This document shows positions 1 through 8,820 of a stretch of DNA of 24,000 bases, piece by piece; position 1 is the first letter of the stretch; each line of letters begins with the position of its first letter. The notes under the pieces were generated by a model. That model searched no databases, was not told where the DNA came from, and saw only the letters and a list, made by a program, of their open reading frames with translations. The stretch comes from Aeromonas phage 65, in the sequence record GU459069.1; one strand, written 5' to 3'. Made by a program: the position numbers and the translations under genes.

Positions 1-2235
1 TTAAGCCCCAGTAACCATATTGTTAATAGATTCCCAAACTTCATCGGAAATAGAAATATCTTTTACAGAATGAAGAAGTGTATACACAACCAGATGTTCT
101 TTCTTGAATATTTCAAGATTTGTTTTGTATTTCTCAACGGCAGCATCTTCAAAAGATGAAATATACTTCTTCAGTTCATCGTTTTCGTTATAAGAAGTAA
201 CGGAAAGCAAGTTCATATACTCTCGATATGTATCTTCATCCCAAGACTTTTTAGAAACTAAATCATAACGCTTTCTAATTGGGTCCGACAACAAAATATT
301 ATCAACCAATCGGCGATGTACATTAAAACCGACTGTATCTGAAGTCAATTTATGAAACGCATTTTTATACGTAGTTTCTTTAATGTCATTATAAACCAAA
401 CGGGAAAGGTTTGGATTCTTTTCTGCACGTTTTTTAAGTGCTGACGGAATACGATAAACCGGTTTTCCTAACCAATCTGCCATGCGACATAGGCTTGAGT
501 TTTCAAGAATCTGATCGAATTTTGTATCATCATCGTCATAATAATATCCACCCTTGACTATAACATAAAACCCATCAAACGAATCAACATCTTTTGCGTA
601 GATATTTTCATGATTAGTTTTATCAGAGTAGAACACCACAACGGAATGTCCAGCATCACGAACCCTATTGGATCTTGGTGCGTTTTTACGGGCTTCTTTG
701 CGGGCTAGTTCACGTTTCTCTTGAATTACAGGTCCATGTATACCCCAAAGCTTCTCAACGTCATACACGCATACATCGTCTTTGTGATAACGCTTTGCAA
801 TGGAGATCAGAACATCACGAATCATTTTATCGAATTTTTTATTCCAGCGCATACCCGACTGGTTAAACATCATAACGCCGTGACTATTCTTAGGAATGAT
901 TCCATGTTCTTGAAGTGAACGGATGTTCTTTTTGTATCCCTTTACTGAGTTATCAACAATCAACAATGGAATATTATACTTAGTCGTATGATGTTTTGGA
1001 TTGAATTTAGCTTCCAGTTTCACCTTATAATTTGAGTAATAACGAGATGAACGAGTGCGATCAAAAATCTTATAACTTGTATTGGAAAATCCATTCATAA
1101 AAGAAATAGAACGGTCCTTTAGATTATCTTCAATATATTTTAGATATTTGATAACCGCTGGATCAAATTCAATATTGTCATAAAAAATATCCCAGTCCTT
1201 CAGAGTCTTTTTATTATGATAGAACGTATTACTTACGAAATTAAAAATCGATGTACCAAAAGTAAGGTCTTTGATCTTATTTATCTTCTCCCGAGCATCC
1301 TTACAACCTTCAATTGCGAGCGTTACATCATCCCATACCTTATCAGCATGGGATTTAAAATACTTCTTAAGGGTTGTAATTGTATGCTCATCCAAACTCA
1401 ACTCTTCACGGTTAGGAAGAGGATTAAGAGAACCCATGGGAAAATCAATAAACTTGGTTGAGTTTTTAGGAAAGTAAATCTCACAAACTGTTCCATCGAT
1501 AAACTTTCTCGGAATGGAATATGATACACCCCCCATAATTGCATATGTGCCATGGTCATACAGACGAGGAACATTCTTTTGTTCATCTTTATATGTACAC
1601 AGACCCAAGTCGGTCCCGACAAAATTGGGGAAATATTCGTTTCGATTGAACGTGTAATAAACAAAACGACTTTCTTCTTGAATATCTGAAATATCTTCCT
1701 GATCTACAGGAACTACGATTTCAATACCCGTATGTTCGTCAGATGGACAGCTATGGACAGGAACACATGCAGGGATCCCGTTATTCATGTAGATACTATA
1801 AACCGTCTTTACACCATCAAACCAAGATGTAACTGTAAAGGTTGTGGTATAACAGAACGGACTTTTGGACCCCAAACCAAACGCACCAATAAAATCGTCA
1901 GATTCTTCTTTAGTTGATGCAAAGTAAGTTGTAAACAACGCATCAATACCTTCCGGAGAAAGACCAATACCATAATCCCGCAAACGCCATTGAAGGCTCA
2001 ATTCTGAAGGCAACTCTACATCAAAGTGTTTGCTTACCGGTTTACCCTGCAATGCAAGTGCAATATGACCATCAATCGCGTTACAACTCAGCTCTCGAAT
2101 AAATGCTCGGATCTTGAACTTATACAGCCCAGAAGACAGTATGGTATATGCCTTTGAAGATTGCACCATACCAAACTGTTTTACTTCTCCTTGAGTATCA
2201 CCATAAATTGGTGTCTTCATTTCAACCATCTTCAT
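1..2235 (-). CDS. rIIA: RIIA-like protector protein, N-terminal GHKL/HATPase-type domain
   Basis: Complete 744-aa ORF. The N-terminus has RELSCNAIDGHIAL, LRDYGIGLSPEGIDALFTTYFASTKEESDDFIGAFGLGSKSPF, typical of the RIIA ATPase-like domain. SD GAGG precedes the start. Confidence 0.9.
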   Translation of the reverse strand: MKMVEMKTPIYGDTQGEVKQFGMVQSSKAYTILSSGLYKFKIRAFIRELSCNAIDGHIALALQGKPVSKHFDVELPSELSLQWRLRDYGIGLSPEGIDALFTTYFASTKEESDDFIGAFGLGSKSPFCYTTTFTVTSWFDGVKTVYSIYMNNGIPACVPVHSCPSDEHTGIEIVVPVDQEDISDIQEESRFVYYTFNRNEYFPNFVGTDLGLCTYKDEQKNVPRLYDHGTYAIMGGVSYSIPRKFIDGTVCEIYFPKNSTKFIDFPMGSLNPLPNREELSLDEHTITTLKKYFKSHADKVWDDVTLAIEGCKDAREKINKIKDLTFGTSIFNFVSNTFYHNKKTLKDWDIFYDNIEFDPAVIKYLKYIEDNLKDRSISFMNGFSNTSYKIFDRTRSSRYYSNYKVKLEAKFNPKHHTTKYNIPLLIVDNSVKGYKKNIRSLQEHGIIPKNSHGVMMFNQSGMRWNKKFDKMIRDVLISIAKRYHKDDVCVYDVEKLWGIHGPVIQEKRELARKEARKNAPRSNRVRDAGHSVVVFYSDKTNHENIYAKDVDSFDGFYVIVKGGYYYDDDDTKFDQILENSSLCRMADWLGKPVYRIPSALKKRAEKNPNLSRLVYNDIKETTYKNAFHKLTSDTVGFNVHRRLVDNILLSDPIRKRYDLVSKKSWDEDTYREYMNLLSVTSYNENDELKKYISSFEDAAVEKYKTNLEIFKKEHLVVYTLLHSVKDISISDEVWESINNMVTGA

Positions 2236-2261
2236 ATTATAAAATCCTCATAACCCAAAAA

Positions 2262-2534
2262 TTAAACTTCTACCATGTATTCTTCGATATCTTCTTGGTA
2301 TAGATGGAAAATTAACGCTTCATCAAAATGCATTATAATTGCAGGAGAACCGTCAACCATAATCCACGCTTCATCGTCACACAGATCAATATAAAACTCT
2401 TCAATACCTTCTGTATCTAGAAATTCGATTACGGCTTGGTTATATGTTTTGAGATCTTCTTCTCCGGAGTGATTAAAACCATCACTTGCGAATTCTTGTT
2501 TATGATTTTCACTTTTAAAACGATATTTTTTCAT
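2262..2534 (-). CDS. Hypothetical small acidic protein, possible paralog of the adjacent ORF
   Basis: 90-aa ORF. Starts MKKYRFKSENHKQEF, similar to MKFRFKSDIEKQQF of the next ORF. Confidence 0.75.
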   Translation of the reverse strand: MKKYRFKSENHKQEFASDGFNHSGEEDLKTYNQAVIEFLDTEGIEEFYIDLCDDEAWIMVDGSPAIIMHFDEALIFHLYQEDIEEYMVEV

Positions 2535-2537
2535 AAT

Positions 2538-2801
2538 TTATTCCACCATAGTTAGGAAATTTGAAATGTCAGAACTGGAAAAATGATAGAATAAGCTTTC
2601 CAATTCCACTGGGGTTTCTGGTTCCATGTCAATCACAAATTTATCTTCTTGATAATCAACTGACACTAGATAAAACTCATCATAACCGTATTTATCAAGA
2701 TAGTCAACTATTGTATGATTGGGATTATCTCCAATCTCATAGATCTGGTCCATGTTGAGAAATTGTTGTTTTTCTATATCACTTTTAAATCGAAATTTCA
2801 T
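2538..2801 (-). CDS. Hypothetical small acidic protein, possible paralog of the adjacent ORF
   Basis: 87-aa ORF separated by 3 nt from its neighbour. Shares the MK(K)-RFKS...K-Q-F...YLD-G--EFY pattern. Confidence 0.75.
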   Translation of the reverse strand: MKFRFKSDIEKQQFLNMDQIYEIGDNPNHTIVDYLDKYGYDEFYLVSVDYQEDKFVIDMEPETPVELESLFYHFSSSDISNFLTMVE

Positions 2802-3128
2802 TTCTTCACCTCAAAATCCAGATACAAATCCAACCAGTCTAGAGCTAATTTATCTAGATCCGGAGAATACCCCATAACAATCTTCCAGTCAACCGTTTTC
2901 TTTGTGATATAAGTTTCGGTCTTCAATGCATCAAGTAGTTTGTTTACTTCTCGCCAAACTTCATCAATGGGTTCGATCTCGTCTTCATCACACCATTCTT
3001 TCCATTCAATGATCGACTGTTCATACCATCCAACAATCTTATCACGGATGAACCATACAGGTTTCTTGTCGCCAATAGACAGAGTAGGACTTGTTTTATG
3101 TGAAATGTTACTTAAGTTGTTTTTTCAT
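2798..3128 (-). pseudogene. Small hypothetical gene with an apparent +1-nt frameshift in an A6 run right after the start codon (or a recoded or misassembled gene)
   Basis: SD GAGG lies 8 nt before ATG at 3128-3126, but the frame reads ATG AAA AAA CAA CTT AAG TAA. Removing one A gives MKNNLSNISHKTSPTLSIGDKKPVWFIRDKIVGWYEQSIIEWKEWCDEDEIEPIDEVWREVNKLLDALKTETYITKKTVDWKIVMGYSPDLDKLALDWLDLYLDFEVKK*. It ends in an ATGA overlap with the next gene. The track does not list it. Confidence 0.65.
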
Positions 3129-3153
3129 ATCAATTGCCTCATAATTTTTATCT

Positions 3154-3159
3154 ATTATA
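3154..3159 (-). promoter_or_regulatory. Candidate -10 element (TATAAT) just after the terminator and before the small gene cluster
   Basis: Minus strand TTCTTGTGTATAATAGATAAAAATTATGAGG. A consensus TATAAT lies about 26 nt upstream of the ATG, with no good -35. Confidence 0.4.
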
Positions 3160-3162
3160 CAC

Positions 3163-3197
3163 AAGAAAAAGAAAAAGGGAACAAAAATGTTCCCTTT
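3163..3197 (-). terminator. Rho-independent terminator downstream of the topoisomerase gene
   Basis: Minus strand: AAAGGGAAC ATTTTT GTTCCCTTT followed by TTCTTTTTC. Perfect 9-bp stem (3174-3182/3189-3197). Confidence 0.85.
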
Positions 3198-3201
3198 ATT
3201 T

Positions 3202-5205
3202 TTATTCATCCATCCAAGCTTTACGCAAGTCGGATTCGTTACCAAAGAACATCTCTAGAGATTCCCCAGCACTACCATCTATACTAACCCGCTCCATGTA
3301 CGGATCTCGGATACACTTCTTGTAATCTTCCTTGTTCAACTGACCCAATCCTTTAACATGTTCATGTTTCCAGCCAGTTCCCGCAAATTTCTTATTGTTA
3401 AATTCGACAGTATCATAACACCAAACAACATCCTTACCCTTCCTACTGATATATTCTGGGGTACGGCATACCAACAAACGCCCTTGGTCGATGTAGTGTT
3501 TCCAATACTTATGGAACAATGAAATAATCAGGTTGCTTATGTGTCCACGACCATCTGGATCCGCATCAACGAGAATAGAAACATAGTCATAATTCGCGGC
3601 GGTATTCCGTCTGACATTGGTTTGATTTCTATAATGAACCATATCAGGTTTTAGTTCATGAGTCCATTCATTTCCTGTAATGATATCTCGGGTCTGTACC
3701 CATTTACCATTAACAATCATTTCATCATTTTCAGCAACAACCAGATCTCCATTTCGATAAAAGTCACCACTTGGTAATTCTTTCGTATCATCAAGGGTTA
3801 TTCCCAAAATGGAAATGATATTGGTGATCTCTGCGTTTTTCAATACTTTGGTTTTGTCTGATATTTTGTGAACAGACAACATTTTACCACGAAGAGGGAA
3901 ACCCCCTTGTGTGTCGTGATCGCGAGTTGCACCAAGGAATCCCAATGCGGAATCACCCTCAGTCAAGAATAGGACCGTTTCGAATCCCTTCTTTCCATAC
4001 TTGTTAGCCTGAATATGTTTAGGAACGTTCGAGGTAAGAGCCTTCTTTTGTGCTTTTGTTGCGAGCGCCTTTTCTACTGCATCACGTTTTGCAATTGCAC
4101 TTTCAACAATAGGCATGATAACAGAATCATTGGATATCATCCGTTTTGCAATGGCTTTTAGATCAATACCACAATGATCCTTAATTTGTCCATTGGAATT
4201 ACTCAATCGCTCTTTTGTCTGACCATCGAACTTAGCACCTTCAAACCCACGAAGAGACATAAAAATCAATGTATTCTCTTTAATTCGTGATTTATTGATC
4301 TCAACCTTAAACTTTCGTTTAATCATTGGGGTTAGTTCATCACACAAACCATTGATCAAATATTCTACGTGGTTTCCGCCTTGCTTAGTATGTACACCAT
4401 TCACATAACTCAACTGACGGAATTCGTCAGAAGTACCTATGAAGAATGAACATTTTTCATTCTCAAAAATTACCGGATCACCAAAATCACTAGCAAATTT
4501 CTTGAACTTAGAATCTACTTTCTTTTTATTGAAAGTGAACTTAATTTGTGGAAACAATACCGACAAAATTTCTACGCGAGATTTAATAACATCTACAATG
4601 TCATTAGGAATACCACCAAATATACCGAACTTGTCTAGCAAATCTGGGATAAACTCAACAGTAGTACCTTGAGTTCCACCTTTTTTCTTTGTGTAAGATT
4701 GGTTTTCTGCGTTTTGGGTACAGTAGATTGTAACTGTATTTTTACCATCGCATGTGGTTGCTCGGAACATAGTAGAATATAGGTTAGTCAAAACGGAACC
4801 AACGCCATTTTTACCAATACCTTTACGCTCTTTCACGAAGTTACCGCCAGCCATTGCGCGAGTATAACACGCCAAGGGATACGGTACGACTTCACCCTCT
4901 GGGGTTGTTACATCATATTGCGGTATACCTCTACCGTTATCTGATATAGTTACTTGGTTTGTTTGATCATCGACTACGATATCAATTTTATTTGCATATT
5001 TAAAATCGGTTCTAATTGCTTCATCTACCGAGTTATCTACAATTTCATCAATCACTTTAGCAAGACCCGGAATATAGTTCTTGCTTACAAACTTACCATT
5101 TTCTAAAACTAAATGAGTTTCTTCTGATAAAGACCCAACATACATATCACTGTTTAGGAAAATATGTTCGTAGTGACTAAGAATTTTACCTTCCTGTTCT
5201 TTCAT
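3202..5205 (-). CDS. 39: DNA topoisomerase II large subunit (GyrB-type ATPase plus TOPRIM), fused gp39/gp60-like
   Basis: 667 aa: ATPase motifs DEIVDNSVDEA and ISDNGRGIPQYD, TOPRIM LFLTEGDSALG and LVDADPDGRGHISNLI, and a C-terminal region ending KGLGQLNKEDYKKCIRDP. Confidence 0.93.
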   Translation of the reverse strand: MKEQEGKILSHYEHIFLNSDMYVGSLSEETHLVLENGKFVSKNYIPGLAKVIDEIVDNSVDEAIRTDFKYANKIDIVVDDQTNQVTISDNGRGIPQYDVTTPEGEVVPYPLACYTRAMAGGNFVKERKGIGKNGVGSVLTNLYSTMFRATTCDGKNTVTIYCTQNAENQSYTKKKGGTQGTTVEFIPDLLDKFGIFGGIPNDIVDVIKSRVEILSVLFPQIKFTFNKKKVDSKFKKFASDFGDPVIFENEKCSFFIGTSDEFRQLSYVNGVHTKQGGNHVEYLINGLCDELTPMIKRKFKVEINKSRIKENTLIFMSLRGFEGAKFDGQTKERLSNSNGQIKDHCGIDLKAIAKRMISNDSVIMPIVESAIAKRDAVEKALATKAQKKALTSNVPKHIQANKYGKKGFETVLFLTEGDSALGFLGATRDHDTQGGFPLRGKMLSVHKISDKTKVLKNAEITNIISILGITLDDTKELPSGDFYRNGDLVVAENDEMIVNGKWVQTRDIITGNEWTHELKPDMVHYRNQTNVRRNTAANYDYVSILVDADPDGRGHISNLIISLFHKYWKHYIDQGRLLVCRTPEYISRKGKDVVWCYDTVEFNNKKFAGTGWKHEHVKGLGQLNKEDYKKCIRDPYMERVSIDGSAGESLEMFFGNESDLRKAWMDE

Positions 5206-5536
5206 CTATTACGACCCCATGTTTCTTAAGAATATTTTGTACCGTTATATTTGTTATGTTAACCCACCCTCTAGAGTTTTGAATATTCAATTCTTTAAAA
5301 AGTTCTGTATATGAGTGTACCGGTACGTGAATATAATCAAGAAGTTCGAATGAAGGTTCATCATCAACCAAAGTACATTTATAATTTACTGTATCCAAAA
5401 ATTCTTCTGTTACCTTATGGTATGACCCATACCGTGCATAATCAACACCAAGAACTCCGATGAAATATGTACGATAACCTAGTTTTGATTCTCGGATCTG
5501 TTTCCTTGCTAGTTCAACCAATTTAGAATCAATCAT
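5186..5536 (-). CDS. Hypothetical protein
   Basis: The track ORF starts at 5548. SD GGAG spaced 6 nt from the internal ATG suggests the real start is 5536 (MIDSKLVELARKQIRESK...). Ends overlapping the topoisomerase start. Confidence 0.75.
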   Translation of the reverse strand: MIDSKLVELARKQIRESKLGYRTYFIGVLGVDYARYGSYHKVTEEFLDTVNYKCTLVDDEPSFELLDYIHVPVHSYTELFKELNIQNSRGWVNITNITVQNILKKHGVVIDERTGR

Positions 5537-5568
5537 TCGTTTCTCCAAAATGTGGGGGATTACTCCCC

Positions 5569-5967
5569 CTATTTTTCAATATAATATTCTGCAAAGCTCG
5601 GAGAACCCGTTACTTTAGTAACCAAATACCTCAATCTTCCGTCAGCTAGTTTATCATAGTGACGGAAAAATGTAAACTCACCCATAGGGACAACAATAAA
5701 CATTGGATCGGGGCCAATCATATTTTCATATTCTTGACTGGTGATTTTATAATGGAACCAAGAAATACACGGTTTTGATGTGGTTTTATCATCAACACCA
5801 ATATTAGTTGGTGTTGGTTTGTATCCACGATTAGGCATTCCCCAATCACCACCATTTTTCCAAACGTTTGGATCCCAAAAGTGATTGGGCCAATCTTGAT
5901 ATGATGGGCTGGTATATGGAACTCCAATCGGATCGTTCCACCATTCAAATTGCTTATGCATCGTCAT
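5569..5967 (-). CDS. Hypothetical protein
   Basis: 132-aa ORF in the tightly packed minus-strand operon. Confidence 0.75.
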   Translation of the reverse strand: MTMHKQFEWWNDPIGVPYTSPSYQDWPNHFWDPNVWKNGGDWGMPNRGYKPTPTNIGVDDKTTSKPCISWFHYKITSQEYENMIGPDPMFIVVPMGEFTFFRHYDKLADGRLRYLVTKVTGSPSFAEYYIEK

Positions 5968-6127
5968 GTACCAGATATGCGTCTACATCATAGTTTTCAT
6001 AAACTGCTACAAGTTTACCATCCAAGTAAAAGTTTTGGGAAAACCCTTCTGGTTCGTAGCAAGTACGGGATACAACACCAGCAGCATACGCAACTTCTTC
6101 AAATACTTCAACAGATACTTGTTTCAT
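5954..6127 (-). CDS. Hypothetical 57-aa protein not in the supplied track
   Basis: ATG at 6127, stop TAA at 5954. Product MKQVSVEVFEEVAYAAGVVSRTCYEPEGFSQNFYLDGKLVAVYENYDVDAYLVHDDA. SD AGAGG upstream; fills the gap between neighbours. Confidence 0.75.
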   Translation of the reverse strand: MKQVSVEVFEEVAYAAGVVSRTCYEPEGFSQNFYLDGKLVAVYENYDVDAYLVHDDA

Positions 6128-6129
6128 TT

Positions 6130-6789
6130 TCAATAACCTCTTTTTGAGTTAGGATCTATTTCGGCTGGAATATCTTCAAGCCCATGAGAGTAACGTTTTG
6201 AATAGATTACCATCAATACATCGCGAGCGCAATCATGTAATGAGTTATGTTTTGTGAAATTTGGAAGACTTCCAACCGGCAAAGGACAATATGTTTGATC
6301 CCTTCCGAGGTTATCTTCAATGACGGTTCGAATCTCACGGAAATTGTTAAACATAACAGGAGCCTCGTTGGTTACTTCACTAGGAGGGATCCCCATAGCA
6401 GAAATTATCCAACTACGCAACCAAATTATATCCATTTCTCCCCGAGTCCAGAAATGTGACTTCTTGAAACTGATATCATTTTTGTTTAGGAATTCCTTAA
6501 GCTCTGCTAATCCTTCAACCATAGTCACATCTTCGTCTGATGGCTTCAGGAGAAGTTTTGCATCATCACCTTGACGTTTCCACCAATCGATTGTAGAAGC
6601 GCTGGTAGTGCGTCCTAGAGCTTTCTGAGACTTAATATCAAACTTAATTTTAATTCCGTTTGATACCAGACTATTAAATGTGGGAACATTTACTATATCC
6701 ATATGAAATGGAATTATAGACGCTTCAATCAAAATTGCAGATTCACATACATCTAACGATTCAAAGTCAATAATAAAGTCAGTAACCAT
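6130..6789 (-). CDS. dexA: Exonuclease A (DexA-like, DEDD-family 3'-5' exonuclease)
   Basis: 219 aa with N-terminal DFIIDFESL (DxE) and C-terminal HNSLHDCARDVLMVIYSKR, typical of T4 DexA-type proteins. Confidence 0.85.
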   Translation of the reverse strand: MVTDFIIDFESLDVCESAILIEASIIPFHMDIVNVPTFNSLVSNGIKIKFDIKSQKALGRTTSASTIDWWKRQGDDAKLLLKPSDEDVTMVEGLAELKEFLNKNDISFKKSHFWTRGEMDIIWLRSWIISAMGIPPSEVTNEAPVMFNNFREIRTVIEDNLGRDQTYCPLPVGSLPNFTKHNSLHDCARDVLMVIYSKRYSHGLEDIPAEIDPNSKRGY

Positions 6790-7280
6790 TACTTGGTCCC
6801 CGAAGAACCGATCCCAGCAGACCCACGAACTGTTTGTGTTTCAAAATCATCAACTCGATTAAACTTAATCTTGTTGAATACTGGGATAAACACCATCTGA
6901 CAAAACCGCTCACCTTTCGGGATATGAAGAACTTTGTTAAAAGTCATTGGGTCATCTTCATTCACAATATGTTCATTTCGAACTTTAACCATAATCTCGC
7001 CTTGATAATTTCCATCGATAAGACCGACAGTATTAGCAAGTCGAGTATAGAATTTAAATCCAAGACCAGAACGCGGGAGGATCATTGCCGCGATACCAAC
7101 CCCCGGAATATCAGTTTCAATTTGACTCATATCAAAACGCATACCGGTATTTACAATGATATCTTCTCCCGGTTTTAGCATGATCGCTTCTGGGGTTCGC
7201 AGATCAATAGCGGCATCACCTTCACGTTGAAAATCCGGCATTGCGTCATATTCGAAACCACTAATAAAATTCATTTCCAT
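6789..7280 (-). CDS. dut: dUTP diphosphatase (trimeric dUTPase)
   Basis: 163 aa with DAAIDLR, PRSGLGFK, NTVGLIDGNYQGEIMV and C-terminal RGSAGIGSSGTK motifs. Confidence 0.92.
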   Translation of the reverse strand: MEMNFISGFEYDAMPDFQREGDAAIDLRTPEAIMLKPGEDIIVNTGMRFDMSQIETDIPGVGIAAMILPRSGLGFKFYTRLANTVGLIDGNYQGEIMVKVRNEHIVNEDDPMTFNKVLHIPKGERFCQMVFIPVFNKIKFNRVDDFETQTVRGSAGIGSSGTK

Positions 7281-7282
7281 TT

Positions 7283-7642
7283 TTAAACCTCATTTAATTT
7301 TTCAGACAAAAATTGTGCTAGACGTTTTCGGCTTTCACCGTATGATCCATAGTAGTAATTATCTACTTCGACATATTCATCAAAGGGTGTCAACCCTCGC
7401 GGGGACTTTACCGGATAATTTATATTACCGGAATAATCATCCCAATATTCCACATGATTTTGAATTACATCAGTAAGGGAGTAATAACAATCAGTTTCGT
7501 ATTTTTTAAAATCTACACACAAATTCCAACTTTGGTTACACAAACCAATATCATAATCCCACCATTCTGGGAATTTACTATTTGATACATTTTGAAGAAC
7601 TTCAACAACTGTCAAAGTATAATCTAAATCATTATTTTCCAT
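7283..7642 (-). CDS. Hypothetical protein
   Basis: 119-aa ORF packed between dut and the primase gene. Confidence 0.75.
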   Translation of the reverse strand: MENNDLDYTLTVVEVLQNVSNSKFPEWWDYDIGLCNQSWNLCVDFKKYETDCYYSLTDVIQNHVEYWDDYSGNINYPVKSPRGLTPFDEYVEVDNYYYGSYGESRKRLAQFLSEKLNEV

Positions 7643-7645
7643 AAA

Positions 7646-8692
7646 CTAAATCCTCTTGTGTCCAAATCTGCGCCACTTGCTAAGTGCAAGTTCCGCCCTT
7701 AGACCATAGTATGTATGTTCTTTTAGATAAGAAATTATATCTTCAATACGAGCGCCATCATTTTTTACCATATCATTTATATCTTTAGATTGCCATGGAC
7801 ATTCGTCCCATATGACAACCCGTTCACCAGCATGAACCAGATTTTCTATCCGTTTTATTGTATCATAAGAACGGTCTTCCTTGTCAAGTACCCAAACCCG
7901 TTTTTCCGGAAATGGAGCATCTTCAAGGGCCATCACACCCCCAACGATAGCACAAGCGTTAGGAATGAATACGCTATCAATTGGACCCTCTAACATCCAT
8001 ACGGTTTTGTTGGGATCCGCTCTTTCCATGCCATAAACCTTAGAAGCCTTATCATCTGCTTTGATAGTAAGGTATCGGCGGCTTTTATCTACATTTGGAT
8101 CTAGTGCGCGACCTTGTAATGAGGAATAAGTTCCATCCTTATTATAGATCGGGATAACTAGTCTATACTCTTTTTTGTCATCATACAAGTATGTTTCTGG
8201 TTTTATATTATTTGCTAGTTTCTTCCATTCGTCTGTGAAGAAAAATAGATGATATTGATGTTTGGGAATCTTTCGATTGGCAACCCATTTAACCGCTGGG
8301 TGATTTTCTGGAAGATCTGCAATGCAAGTTGAATATGGTATCACATTCTTCTTTATAATTTCAACTGGTTTTGGCTTTGGTTTCTCAACAGAAACCCAAC
8401 TATCGTCTTTATTTGAAAACTTTTCTTTTGCAAATTCTCTATACATTTCCGGTTCGTGGTCATATAGATAATTTGTTAGCTTAAAGTTCCGACCACAGTT
8501 GAAACAACCAAATCGAACGTGTCCATCATCTTCATATAACCATCCACGGGTTTTATAACCAGAATCACCATCACCACATAATGGACATTTGAAGTTATAA
8601 CGAACTTCAACACCACGGGCGTGATCGGTACACATCTCCATTCGATATGACAACCGTGTAGCGAAATCTCGTTCTATCGCAATAATGTTCAT
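7646..8692 (-). CDS. 61: DNA primase (gp61-like), DnaG-type zinc-binding N-terminus and TOPRIM
   Basis: 348 aa with FKCPLCGDGD...FGCFNCG zinc motif, VWMLEGPIDSVFIPNA and VWVLDKEDRS. Adjacent to the gp41 helicase region. Confidence 0.92.
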   Translation of the reverse strand: MNIIAIERDFATRLSYRMEMCTDHARGVEVRYNFKCPLCGDGDSGYKTRGWLYEDDGHVRFGCFNCGRNFKLTNYLYDHEPEMYREFAKEKFSNKDDSWVSVEKPKPKPVEIIKKNVIPYSTCIADLPENHPAVKWVANRKIPKHQYHLFFFTDEWKKLANNIKPETYLYDDKKEYRLVIPIYNKDGTYSSLQGRALDPNVDKSRRYLTIKADDKASKVYGMERADPNKTVWMLEGPIDSVFIPNACAIVGGVMALEDAPFPEKRVWVLDKEDRSYDTIKRIENLVHAGERVVIWDECPWQSKDINDMVKNDGARIEDIISYLKEHTYYGLRAELALSKWRRFGHKRI

Positions 8693-8716
8693 AAAATACC
8701 CCCTAATTTTAAGTAG

Positions 8717-8725
8717 TATAACACA
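8717..8725 (-). promoter_or_regulatory. Candidate extended -10 promoter upstream of primase gene 61
   Basis: Minus strand TGTTATACT (TGnTATAAT-like), between the terminator and the primase RBS. Confidence 0.45.
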
Positions 8726-8738
8726 AGTACCACATAAA

Positions 8739-8765
8739 AATAAAGCCCCATAATTGGGGCTTTTT
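8739..8765 (-). terminator. Rho-independent terminator, potentially bidirectional, upstream of gene 61
   Basis: AAAGCCCC ATAATT GGGGCTTT, perfect 8-bp stem (8744-8751/8758-8765). Minus-direction tail TTTATTTTT; the plus direction also ends in T5. Confidence 0.85.
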
Positions 8766-8820
8766 GTAACATATCTAATACTAAAACGTGTATATTGTTA
8801 TAATTTGTAACGTATACGTA

